A stretch of DNA of 31,233 nt from an uncultured Nitrososphaeraceae archaeon (GTDB lineage Archaea > Thermoproteota > Nitrososphaeria > Nitrososphaerales > Nitrososphaeraceae): NCBI GenBank assembly GCA_963765895.1, contig CAVXZB010000076.1, positions 1 to 31,233 of the forward strand, read 5' to 3'. The notes beneath the pieces were generated by a model that saw only the letters and a list, made by a program, of their open reading frames with translations, was not told the DNA's origin and searched no databases. Made by a program: the position numbers and the translations under genes. Numbering within the stretch: position 1 is the stretch's first letter; each line of letters begins with the position of its first letter. This document shows positions 1 through 9,427 of this stretch, in pieces.

Positions 1-19
1 TGGTAAGATAGACTAAGGC

Positions 20-346
20 TTGGTGCTAGAAGACAAAGATATACTACAAGTTGATGCCACAATAATTACCGGTATACTAATTATGCTTAGCGTTACAGGC
101 TTTATTGGATCTGGCGTTGGCAAGACCAGTTTTACAGGTCTGGCGGGCCTCGTCTCCATTGTATTAATTCCATTTAGTGTATCTGCAGTTTTGGTAGTTC
201 AGTTAGAACGCATGAAGCCGTCTTATGGGCGCCGCATCAAATCGATAAGTTTGACTCTTATGGAATTCGGGTTTATCGCTCTTATTTTTCTATTTATATT
301 ATACTTCTTGTTCCCCGAAATCCAATTACAGTTTCATTTGAAATAA
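20..346 (+). CDS. Small membrane protein, about 3 TM helices, unknown function
   Basis: 108-aa ORF with TTG start and three long hydrophobic segments. Confidence 0.7.
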   Translation: MVLEDKDILQVDATIITGILIMLSVTGFIGSGVGKTSFTGLAGLVSIVLIPFSVSAVLVVQLERMKPSYGRRIKSISLTLMEFGFIALIFLFILYFLFPEIQLQFHLK

Positions 347-387
347 ATATAAGGAAGTTTCGTCTCGTAGTTTGAAGAAATGAAGTC

Positions 388-419
388 GGTTGCTGGGGAT
401 AGGGGTCTAACCAACAACC
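388..419. terminator. Imperfect stem-loop downstream of the first gene (possible terminator or structural element)
   Basis: GGTTGCTGG (388-396) pairs with CCAACAACC (411-419) with one mismatch. Confidence 0.3.
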
Positions 420-578
420 TATAGGAGATACATGTGACCTAACCTAACGTAACTGGTTCGATATCACCAGGAACCGCGATCTCATAACTTATGGTCTATG
501 TCACGAGACATTTGTATTCATATAGGATCTTTTTTCCAGATTCTAAGTACTGATTATTTTTATATTTGAGAGCCATTC

Positions 579-1484
579 ATGCAGATTGAGCAACATTCTT
601 TGTATTCAAATTATAGTACCAATTTAAAACTGGCTACGATAGTGTTAGCATTGCTAGCTTCAATATCTTCTTTGAGTTTGTCGTTAAATGTCTTCCCTAT
701 ACTCACTTTCAACAAATATGCTTTTGCGCCGCAGAACCCGGTACTACCAAACTATAAAGGAGATTACCGACCTAATGAACCATCTAAAGTGGCCGATAGT
801 CGAAACAATTCGACTTCAAACGAGATACAACCTACAGCTCTTGCTCATTACCACCCCATTACTCCAACTGTCTTGCATTACTCGAGCAAATTTGATAACG
901 GAGGTATGAACAGTATTCCAAAGTTAGGAACGAGCACAAATAACCTAACTAACTCTTATAGTCTGGTGCAGCCTGTTTCGCTAGCACACTATCAACCTAT
1001 TACTCCTGCAGCTTCACAGGATCCCGCTAGCAGTACTGGCCAAAGCGACTCTGGCTCCCATGGATCATCATCGGATGCGGATAACGGTAATAACTACAAT
1101 GAAGATAGTAGTCACTATAGTAGTAATGACAATGGTAACAATGACAATGCTTACTATAATAACGACCACCAAAAATCATGGTCATCAGATCATAGCTATA
1201 ATAATCATAATAGTGGAGGCAACGGCATTCACAGTGTTGGCCACCATGGAAGCACTTACCATGGTAATGAGGAGGATGGAAACGCAATTATTATCTCTTC
1301 GAGTAATAATTATGAGAATTTCGGAGATAACAATCACGGACATAGCCATTATCATGGATCTGATAACGATAACGGGGATGATGGGGGCGTTTCTATAACG
1401 TCTGATGGTGGTGCGTTTGCTTCAGATGGTGGAGGTGCGTTTGCCTCCGCCGGCGGAGGGGGTGCGTTTGCCTCCGTTGGTTGA
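579..1484 (+). CDS. Secreted or membrane-anchored low-complexity protein rich in Ser/Asn/His/Gly/Asp
   Basis: N-terminal hydrophobic segment, duplicated LAHY(H/Q)PITP motif, N/D/H/S-rich middle and three C-terminal GGAFAS repeats. Confidence 0.75.
   Translation: MQIEQHSLYSNYSTNLKLATIVLALLASISSLSLSLNVFPILTFNKYAFAPQNPVLPNYKGDYRPNEPSKVADSRNNSTSNEIQPTALAHYHPITPTVLHYSSKFDNGGMNSIPKLGTSTNNLTNSYSLVQPVSLAHYQPITPAASQDPASSTGQSDSGSHGSSSDADNGNNYNEDSSHYSSNDNGNNDNAYYNNDHQKSWSSDHSYNNHNSGGNGIHSVGHHGSTYHGNEEDGNAIIISSSNNYENFGDNNHGHSHYHGSDNDNGDDGGVSITSDGGAFASDGGGAFASAGGGGAFASVG
1407..1475 (+). repeat. Coding tandem repeat (GGAFAS x3)
   Basis: GGTGCGTTTGC(T/C)TC occurs three times in frame. Confidence 0.8.
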
Positions 1485-2642
1485 TTGGAATTCGATTCAA
1501 AACGATCTTTGAGAACGTGATGGCGCGAGTTTGTATTTTTGAAGAAGCGAGGAGCCAATTCCTAGAAATTTATTTAACATGGTATTTTCCTAATGAGCCT
1601 TTAATCATGGCATTACCGCTATCACAACATAAGATCATTGAATGGTTAACTGATAAAATATCGAGGGATTCTAGCTTAACTAGAGGAGCACTCCTAGATG
1701 GACTCAACAGCAGATATTATTAAATAATATTGAGTCGGATTTTGACAATGCTGGCCATAGCAGTTGATAAGGGCGAGTAAAAATAATTGAAAAAAATTGG
1801 CAGTGCAAAGACCAGGCTATGCTGTAAGACAATGATCACGAGTAGGATCGCCGCTATCTAGCCCGGCACCATGTTTTATGAGGACAGTGGCCATCTTAGT
1901 ATGATGTAAGCCAGGATAATGCGCTTGCGCTATCTAGAATAGGAACATTATATTGAACCTATGCCATGGTTAGGAGTTCATTTAGGATTGTAAATTACAT
2001 CCAAAGACACCTGGCTGAGGAGGAATAGTGCACTGTAGAAGCTTGCTATTATTGGTAGTACATTACTAACGTTGTCTCCTAGCATAGATAAATTGCATCA
2101 ACGTCCTGGGACGTCAATCTACACCTAGGAGTCCTGCTTATATCGCATCATACTGCTTCTATGAAGATGTAATTTCAAAATACAACAACTATCCTAGAAC
2201 AATGTGTGACCTTTTAGTAATAGACATTCTGAGGGTATTTGGATCTGATGATCTTAAAGCTAGATTTTTCGCCACTATGTTCTAGTGGTATTTTGTTTAT
2301 CAGAAAACCAGTAGTATTATTCTTATCCTTTAGCTGTTGTATTATTGGCTTAGTCTCTATTTTGGAACTAATATGCTACTTATTTTCTTTTGAATTGTGA
2401 ATCACACATAATTGTAACATAGTAAATATATAAAAACGGTGGTATTTTCATACATAGTCAGTCATCATGATCACACCAACAAATTAGAATCTAACTTGAT
2501 AGGAATTAATTACTGCTACTGAGTGCTGCATGCCTATTCATAATTCTTATTGAGCGAATTTTAAATGCACTCTCCAGAATTTGATTTTATGTTCATCTAA
2601 TATGATAATTATTATGACTATGATAACATAACGATGGCATTA

Positions 2643-2996
2643 TTATCGGAATTTAGTTTTTTGTAATTGTGGTGACTTCCAGCGGCTTGCCCATTTTCCC
2701 AATTCAGTCATGATAATTTCTAGCTCCCTTGCTTGTGGCGTCATACGATATTCTACTTTCGGAGGTATTTCAGCATAAATTTTCTTAGAGATAAGACCTT
2801 CACGTTCGAGCTCTAATAGCCTGTCTGATAAAACAGTACTACTTATTCCTGGCAGAGCCCTTTTTAATTCGTTGAAGCGAATGACATCTCTATCGCAAAG
2901 ATTCTTTAGAACTAATAATGACCATCGTCTTCCCAGAACTTCCCAAATATTGGCTATCTCACATTCCTGAGTCTGTACTCTGCTGTGTTCCTTCAT
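2643..2996 (-). CDS. HxlR-family winged helix-turn-helix transcriptional regulator
   Basis: Motifs LGRRWSLLVL, RFNELKRALPGISSTVLSDRLLELE and YAEIPPKVEY; an N-terminal Cys as in redox-sensing HxlR/DUF24 proteins. Confidence 0.92.
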   Translation of the reverse strand: MKEHSRVQTQECEIANIWEVLGRRWSLLVLKNLCDRDVIRFNELKRALPGISSTVLSDRLLELEREGLISKKIYAEIPPKVEYRMTPQARELEIIMTELGKWASRWKSPQLQKTKFR

Positions 2997-3166
2997 AATA
3001 CCTAGTCATGTTTCATATTGCGTACTTAGTCATAAGGATTTTAGCTACGAATTTCCTTTTGTTTATCTGTATCTGTGGTACGCCAATTATTGTGCTCTTC
3101 TTCCTTGCTCACAAGGATACAAAAAAGACGACAACATGATAATAAGTGGAATAAGCGCATATTGCA

Positions 3167-4214
3167 TTACAATACCTCAATATTGTTTTCACTCACTTCA
3201 CTAAGTGCAGGGGCGACACGTGTACCTATTAATTTAGTTGCTCGCATGAGCTTCTCATGAGATAAAGAGGCTGGATTCATCATAAAGGTGATGCGCGATA
3301 TGCCGCCTAGCGCTTTGCTGTGCCTACTTATCTTCTCTACTACTTCATCTGGATCGCCTACAAGCAACGCACCTTGAGGACCTCGCTGCGCATCAAAACT
3401 AGCAAGCGTCATTTTAGGCCATCCTCGCTCTTTACCAATCTCAGACATGGTACGTGCATAACCTGGATAGAAGTCGTCTACTGCCTCTTGAGTACTCTCT
3501 GCAACATAGCCAAGCGAATGTACACCTACCTTCAATTGATCAGGCGAGAACCCGGCTCGCCTTCCAGCCTGCCTATAGAGATCTATAAGAGGCCTGAATG
3601 TGTGAGTTTTGCCGCCTATGATTGCTACCATCAATGGGAGTCCAAGCAAACCAGCACGCACGAATGATTCTGGTGTGCCACCAACGCCTAGCCATACTGG
3701 CAAAGGATTCTGCAAGGGCCTTGGATATACTCCCTGACCATTTAGAGTAGGACGATGGTTGCCAGACCAATGTACATTTTCACTATTATCGCGAATCTTT
3801 AGGCAGCAAATCAAGCTTTTCTTCAAAAAGTGAGTCATAGTCCTCCAAACGTAATCCAAAGAGAGGAAATGCTTCTACAAATGAGCCGCGCCCAACAACC
3901 ATTTCAGCCCGGCCTTGCGATAGAAGATCCAAGGTTGCAAATTCTTGAAATACCCTTACAGGATCTGCAGCACTTAATACCGTCACAGCACTGGTAAGAC
4001 GTATGCGTTTAGTTCGCGCAGCTGCCGCAGCTAGGATGAGGGCAGGAGCCGAATCGAGGAATTCCCTACGATGATGTTCGCCTATTCCAAACACATCCAA
4101 TCCAATTTTATCGGCATATTCAATTTGTTCGACTAATCTTTGCAAACGCTCAGATGGGCTGACTGAAATGCCAGTGTCGTCCCATGCTGCGAAGCTATCA
4201 ATTCCTACTTGCAT
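3167..4214 (-). CDS. LLM-class (luciferase-like) flavin-dependent oxidoreductase, split by one apparent +1 frameshift at about 3802
   Basis: 5' half has [18 protein letters not shown] and [13 protein letters not shown]; 3' half has [12 protein letters not shown]. Removing one C from CTG-C-CTA gives EKLDLLLKIRD in a single frame. Confidence 0.88.
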
Positions 4215-4398
4215 CTAATATTGATTAAGTATCATATTATTTAAGCACAGTAGTAGTAACTAACTTAGTTGGTATGAACAACCATAGTAAGTGAGCTGAA
4301 GTTTACTACAGAGATGTACATAGCAAATATAAAATGTCGCTGCTAAATTATAACGATAGATTATTGTATCAGTAGGAGAATGAGGAATATCCTTCTTA

Positions 4399-4624
4399 CT
4401 AAAGGGGTTCATATAACTTTATGATAGGATGCTCAGTAGCTTTGAAGTGTTTAGTTGCATGCTTGTTTTTTGAAGAATCGCAACATCCTACATGATCACA
4501 TGATAAACAAAGCCGTAAGTGTACCCAGTCATCTCCAGTCTTTTCACATTCTTCACAGCCTTTCGTATTTGCTTCAGCATCAAGGTTTACTTGTTTAATA
4601 TGACTACAAGGTTTTTCTAGACAT
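4399..4624 (-). CDS. UBP-type zinc-finger protein (not in the ORF track; +1 frameshift near the start; C-terminus looks short)
   Basis: ATG at 4624; after removing one base at 4610-4616 it reads CSHIKQV...GCEECEKTGDDWVHLRLCLSCDHVGCCDSSKNKHATKHFKATEHPIIKLYEPL*, the prokaryotic zf-UBP signature. Confidence 0.85.
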
Positions 4625-4755
4625 ATCTATACATAACAATAAAATTTCAATGTTATAAATTCAACAGTAATCAGTGTCATCTGGTATGTTTAATATTACC
4701 TACTCATTAAGAAATTACTGCCATATTTAAGAGCACTGAACCATAAGTACGATAG

Positions 4756-5322
4756 ATGAAAAGCAAAGGTACAACAAGCAAAGCAATTAAAAAATTAACC
4801 GTGCCTGTAAATATAGGTTCTGATCATATACAAGGCTCTGTTAATGCGCCATTTAATATTGTAGAGTATGGCGATTATGAATGCCCATATACTGGTATGG
4901 CTCATCCAATAGTCAAGGAAATAATTAGGCAGTTTGGCGACAAACTATACTTTGTATTTCGCAATTTTCCGCTTAATGATATACATCCTTATGCACAAAA
5001 TGCAGCAGAAGCTGCTGAGGCTGCTCCAGTTCAAGACAAATTCTGGGAGATGCATGATTATTTGTTTGAACATCAGAAAGCATTAGATCATAGTCATTTA
5101 CTGGAATATGCAAAGAAAGTGGGATTAGATATTGATAGATTCAAAAAGGATTTGGCTGGACATGTCTATACTTCTTTAATAGATGAATCACTAAAAACTG
5201 GTATCAATAGCGGTGTTGAGGGTACTCCAACTTTCTATATCAATGGAGTGCGCTATGAAGACTCTTGGGACTTGCAAACATTTTCTAAGACCATAAAACG
5301 ATACCTAGGAGGACAGATATAG
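4756..5322 (+). CDS. DsbA-family thioredoxin-fold protein with CPYT active site
   Basis: VEYGDYECPYT, FRNFPL, KFWEMHDYLF and the cis-Pro loop GVEGTPTF; no signal peptide. Confidence 0.9.
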   Translation: MKSKGTTSKAIKKLTVPVNIGSDHIQGSVNAPFNIVEYGDYECPYTGMAHPIVKEIIRQFGDKLYFVFRNFPLNDIHPYAQNAAEAAEAAPVQDKFWEMHDYLFEHQKALDHSHLLEYAKKVGLDIDRFKKDLAGHVYTSLIDESLKTGINSGVEGTPTFYINGVRYEDSWDLQTFSKTIKRYLGGQI

Positions 5323-5324
5323 AA

Positions 5325-6272
5325 ATGAAATCAGTTCAAATTAACAGATACGGAGGCAGTGAGGTTATTGAGATTAACCAAAGCATCCCTGAACCAGCTG
5401 TATCTGCAGGAAAAGTTTTAGTTAGCGTAAAAGCAGCTAGCGTAAATCCAGCAGATTGGAAGATTCGTGAAGGAGGCTTGCAACAAATGATACAGCTTCA
5501 ATTCCCATCTACCATGGGGATGGATTTCTCTGGTGTTATCAAACAGGTTGGAGAAGGTGTCTCTAATTCAGAGTTTAACCAGGGAGATGAGGTATATGGA
5601 CAGGCTGGTGTTGTTAACGGAGGTTCAGGAGCATTTGCAGAAATGGCTTTGGCAAAGACTGAAACTATCGCAAATAAACCAAAGAGGCTAAGCCATGCCG
5701 AAGCGGCAGCCTTACCGCTTGTAGGCGTTAGTGCTTGGCGAGCACTTGTAGAAAATATTGGATTGTCAAAAGGGCAAAAGATTCTAATTCATGGTGGTGC
5801 AGGAGGAATAGGATCTATAGCCATACAACTTGCAAAGCATCTAGGCGCATATGTAGCAACAACAGTAAGCACAAATGATAAGCAGTTTGTACAAGAGTTG
5901 GGAGCAGACCAGGTCATAGACTACAAGACCCAGAACTTTGAAGATATGATACATGATTATGATGCAGTTTTTGATACTGTAGGTGGTGATACATACAGGA
6001 GGTCTTTTAAAGTCTTAAAGAAAGGAAGCGGCATAATTGTTTCTATGCTAGAACAACCAGACCCACAGCTAATGGATCAACATGGCGTCAAAGCCATATT
6101 TCAGTTCACACAAGCAGATAGCGAGCGGTTGACCAAAGTGGCAAAGTGGGTAGATGAAAATAAGGATATAAGGATAAATATAGACAAGACATTTTCATTG
6201 GATGAAGCAGGCGAGGCGCTTGACTACCAAAAAGATGTACATCCAAGGGGCAAAGTAGTCTTAACTGTATGA
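5325..6272 (+). CDS. NADP-dependent oxidoreductase (MDR / quinone-reductase-like)
   Basis: ASVNPADWK, GMDFSGV, ILIHGGAGGIG Rossmann motif and C-terminal GKVV. Confidence 0.92.
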   Translation: MKSVQINRYGGSEVIEINQSIPEPAVSAGKVLVSVKAASVNPADWKIREGGLQQMIQLQFPSTMGMDFSGVIKQVGEGVSNSEFNQGDEVYGQAGVVNGGSGAFAEMALAKTETIANKPKRLSHAEAAALPLVGVSAWRALVENIGLSKGQKILIHGGAGGIGSIAIQLAKHLGAYVATTVSTNDKQFVQELGADQVIDYKTQNFEDMIHDYDAVFDTVGGDTYRRSFKVLKKGSGIIVSMLEQPDPQLMDQHGVKAIFQFTQADSERLTKVAKWVDENKDIRINIDKTFSLDEAGEALDYQKDVHPRGKVVLTV

Positions 6273-6299
6273 GAAGCAACTGCACTAGAGACGGTAACT

Positions 6300-7985
6300 A
6301 TGAGCAATGCACGCAGAGGACTTCCTCTAACCAGCTCTCGTATTGAGAAGATATTTCCGAAATTAACTCCAGCTCGGATTGATCGCATTGCAGTGCATGG
6401 ACATGTACGTTCGGTGCAGTCTGGCGAAGTGCTAATAGAACAGGGAGATACGTCAGTACCGTTCTTTATCGTAACCACAGGCGAAGTCGAGATCGTACGT
6501 CCCTTAGGGGCCCAGGAGACCCTTATTACTGTCCATGGTCCTGGTGAATTCACAGGAGAGGTTAACATGCTCTCTGGTCGACGGTCTTTAGTTCGGGCAC
6601 GTGTTACCAAGCCAGGTAAAGTAATTGAACTGGATCACCAGCAAATGCTCGGATTGGTACAGACTGATACTGAGCTCAGCGATATATTGATGCGGGCGTT
6701 CATTCTTCGTAGGGTAGAACTAATATCTGCTGGCGTTGGAGATATTGTCCTTGTTGGGTCAGCATATTCGGCAGGTACGTTACGGATCAAAGAGTTTCTG
6801 ATGCGCAATGGACATCCATACTCCTACATAGATTTAGAACGCGACCCTGACGTACAGAATCTGTTGGATAGTTTCCAAATTTCTGCCAGTGAAATACCAG
6901 TATTAATCTGTCGAGGCCAGCTTGCACTTCGGAATCCCACTAACCAAGAAATCGCAAACTGCCTTGGTTTCAATGAGTCTATTGACCAAACCCATGTTCG
7001 AGATCTTGTAATCATCGGTGCTGGTCCCTCAGGACTGGCAGCCGCAGTATATGGTGCTTCAGAAGGACTAGATGTCCTAATGCTGGAGACAAATTCCCCT
7101 GGTGGTCAAGCAGGTTCAAGCTCAAGGATCGAAAATTACTTGGGATTTCCTACAGGTATTTCTGGCCAGGATCTGGCAGCTAGAGCATACATCCAGGCAC
7201 AGAAGTTTGGTGCACGTATGCTCGTTGCTAATGCCACAAGACTCATCTGTGACCGCAAACCGTACGTTATAGAGCTTGAGAATGGTGCTAGAATTTCTAC
7301 TCACACTGTTATAATTGCCACTGGTGCCCAGTATCGAAAGCTTCCATTGGACAACCTGTCACGCTTTGAAGGTGCAGGAGTCTACCATGGTGCGACCTTT
7401 GTGGAAGCACAGTTGTGCGGAGGAGAGGAATTAGTTGTAGTAGGCGGAGGAAATTCAGCAGGCCAGGCTGCCGTGTTTTTAGCACAGACTGCAAAGCGTG
7501 TGTACATGCTAGTCAGATCTACTGGTTTGGCTGCTACTATGTCACGATATCTAATTCGTAGGATAGAGAATACTCCCACGATCATATTGCGACCACAAAC
7601 AGAGATTGTAGCAGTAGAAGGAGGCAATCATCTTGACTCCGTCTACTGGCGAAACAGCCAAACAGGACAGACTGAAAAACATAAAATCAGGCACATATTC
7701 GTCATGACCGGTGCCGATCCAAATACTCACTGGCTTGATGGCTGTATCGCGCTAGATGCTAAGGGCTTCATAAAGACTGGTCCCGACCTTTTGCCAGAAA
7801 ATCTGACCGATACACGCTGGTCTCTTACCCATCAACCATACTTGCTTGAAACCAGTTTACCCGGTGTTTTCGCAGTAGGTGATGTGAGGGGCGGCAGCAT
7901 CAAACGTGTTGCATCTGCAGTCGGTGAAGGATCAATTGCAATCTCCTTTGTTCACAAAGTACCTCCAGGAATAGGAAGAGAGTAA
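6300..7985 (+). CDS. Cyclic-nucleotide-binding domain fused to a thioredoxin-reductase-like FAD oxidoreductase
   Basis: N-terminal cNMP fold (GEVEI...GEFTGE), IIGAGPSGLAAA, IENYLGFP, VVGGGNSAGQAA and FAVGDVR. Removing one C at 7962-7963 gives the end KVLQE*. Confidence 0.92.
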   Translation: MSNARRGLPLTSSRIEKIFPKLTPARIDRIAVHGHVRSVQSGEVLIEQGDTSVPFFIVTTGEVEIVRPLGAQETLITVHGPGEFTGEVNMLSGRRSLVRARVTKPGKVIELDHQQMLGLVQTDTELSDILMRAFILRRVELISAGVGDIVLVGSAYSAGTLRIKEFLMRNGHPYSYIDLERDPDVQNLLDSFQISASEIPVLICRGQLALRNPTNQEIANCLGFNESIDQTHVRDLVIIGAGPSGLAAAVYGASEGLDVLMLETNSPGGQAGSSSRIENYLGFPTGISGQDLAARAYIQAQKFGARMLVANATRLICDRKPYVIELENGARISTHTVIIATGAQYRKLPLDNLSRFEGAGVYHGATFVEAQLCGGEELVVVGGGNSAGQAAVFLAQTAKRVYMLVRSTGLAATMSRYLIRRIENTPTIILRPQTEIVAVEGGNHLDSVYWRNSQTGQTEKHKIRHIFVMTGADPNTHWLDGCIALDAKGFIKTGPDLLPENLTDTRWSLTHQPYLLETSLPGVFAVGDVRGGSIKRVASAVGEGSIAISFVHKVPPGIGRE

Positions 7986-8554
7986 CTGGTGTCTATTTCT
8001 ATTATCTGGCTTTATCAGGAGTTATTAGTCTGTGGCCTAATCCTAGATGAAGCATTTGTCCATATTGGTTATGGCGGTCACAAGTGCAGATGTGACTTAG
8101 GTCATTAGCAATGATTTGCTAAATGCTTATTTGCTGTAATGTAGCAAAGCATTTGACGTTAAATAATAGAAGAATAGAGGAGTTATAATCATCTAGATCA
8201 CATTTGTGTTAATTTAATCAGTAACAATACTCTTATTAACTGCTATTGTTATTTTACGTTTTTATCAATTAAACATGCCAACGTTGATTCTAAAGATTGA
8301 TCTTTTTATTCGTGGTTGTCCTACACGTAGGAATATATTACAGTATATCGGTGCGGTAAATAATTTATCTCATCTTTCAGAATGAAGGATTCTAGATTAT
8401 CTTCCAACAGACACCTAATTCATAACCGGTGTTTTTCTATACTCTGTAGTATCAAAATAGAAAATGAACTAATCCTTTGTTAAATTACTTTTAGGAATGT
8501 ATTTAACATATCAATCGAGACTAGAACATTTTAGTATAAAAATGGTGTGAATTG

Positions 8555-8590
8555 TCCCTACAACAGTGGGGGAGACTGTACCAGTAGGGA
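8555..8590. other. Two-stem hairpin whose 5' arm is repeated at 8984-9000
   Basis: TCCCTAC (8555-61) pairs with GTAGGGA (8584-90), and ACAGT (8563-67) with ACTGT (8575-79). TGTCCCTACAACAGTGG occurs at 8553-8569 and 8984-9000. Confidence 0.6.
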
Positions 8591-8628
8591 TCTAGTAGTT
8601 ATATAATGTAGATAGAATTTTCAACTAA

Positions 8629-8802
8629 GTGACTACAACAAGGCCAACAGCAAAGGAACAAAAAATTATAGCTCCATTACAGGCTTTAGGCAACAAAGAC
8701 GCCGAGGAAATTTTGATGAAGTTATTGCGAATAGTCCAGAAACATGCAGATAAAGAAGGCTGTAAACACTGTGAGGAAATACTAGAAGTTGTCTTTACGT
8801 AG
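8629..8802 (+). CDS. 57-aa small protein with a CKHC motif (below the ORF-track cutoff)
   Basis: GTG start about 25 bp after a TTATATAA box; reads MTTTRPTAKEQKIIAPLQALGNKDAEEILMKLLRIVQKHADKEGCKHCEEILEVVFT*. Confidence 0.55.
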   Translation: MTTTRPTAKEQKIIAPLQALGNKDAEEILMKLLRIVQKHADKEGCKHCEEILEVVFT

Positions 8803-9037
8803 ATACGTCATCGTTTTCTACTCCCCTACAGTTTAGGAAATGACTATCATAACAATGTTGATTAGGAGCACACCATGTTTTAGCGCAGATATTACAAGTC
8901 ATAAAAGTCCCGTTGTTATTATCGCAATAGTCACACTTGTGACAAGTGTTCATACTAAAATCGTCTTTATAGACCATTTCATCTGTCCCTACAACAGTGG
9001 TTATATATCTTAATTGTCTGACCTTTATCCTAGTCAT
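8795..9037 (-). CDS. Small Cys/His-rich putative zinc-finger protein (B-box/AN1-like spacing)
   Basis: CHKCDYC...CNICAKTWC...HCYDSH...C within 80 aa. Confidence 0.6.
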   Translation of the reverse strand: MTRIKVRQLRYITTVVGTDEMVYKDDFSMNTCHKCDYCDNNNGTFMTCNICAKTWCAPNQHCYDSHFLNCRGVENDDVST

Positions 9038-9427
9038 GCGTTATAGCTTGACTGATTATCACACTGGAAGCAATTGCTTGAAATTGATTTGGTGCGTTGT
9101 ACGCAAGTCAATGTAGAATTCATCTGGTACCTCATCTATCCTATACTGGATTATCTTTTAGTCACTTTACCACTTATGGGCCCAAGGGTGTGTGAATCAA
9201 ATTTGACACGATTTTAGGTTGGAACTTATATCAAATTGACACCAATTGGATTGTCGATTTCATTTTGAGAGATTGGCTCTATTAGTATGGGGCCAAGGGA
9301 GTAGATTCCCGTAAGTAAAGGGCTCATTACTAGTATGAGCTATCCTACCTAAAAAAGTGTTTTAGTCTCTAGAATCATGTCGCAGCTAGATCCCCGAAAT
9401 CAGTTCATGCTTCATTCAATGGATGAT

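Noticed and set aside
450-472. GGTTCGA T-loop-like motif as a tRNA or att remnant
   Set aside because: No cloverleaf and no second copy in the window.
688-1558. Alternative-frame ORFs 688-909, 1027-1287, 1060-1398 and 1352-1558
   Set aside because: Shadows of the low-complexity 579-1484 gene.
1481-1723. 80-aa ORF, or a shorter MALPLSQ... ORF within it
   Set aside because: No recognisable motif; coding status cannot be supported.
1740-1920. Hydrophobic minus-strand translation resembling a membrane-protein remnant
   Set aside because: Multiple stops and no identifiable family.
3075-7627. Antisense and alternative-frame ORFs overlapping the LLM, MDR and TrxB-like genes
   Set aside because: They overlap well-supported genes and have no motifs.
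8121-8154. AT-rich hairpin after the redox operon
   Set aside because: Weak, bulged stem about 135 bp from the stop; not distinguishable from chance.
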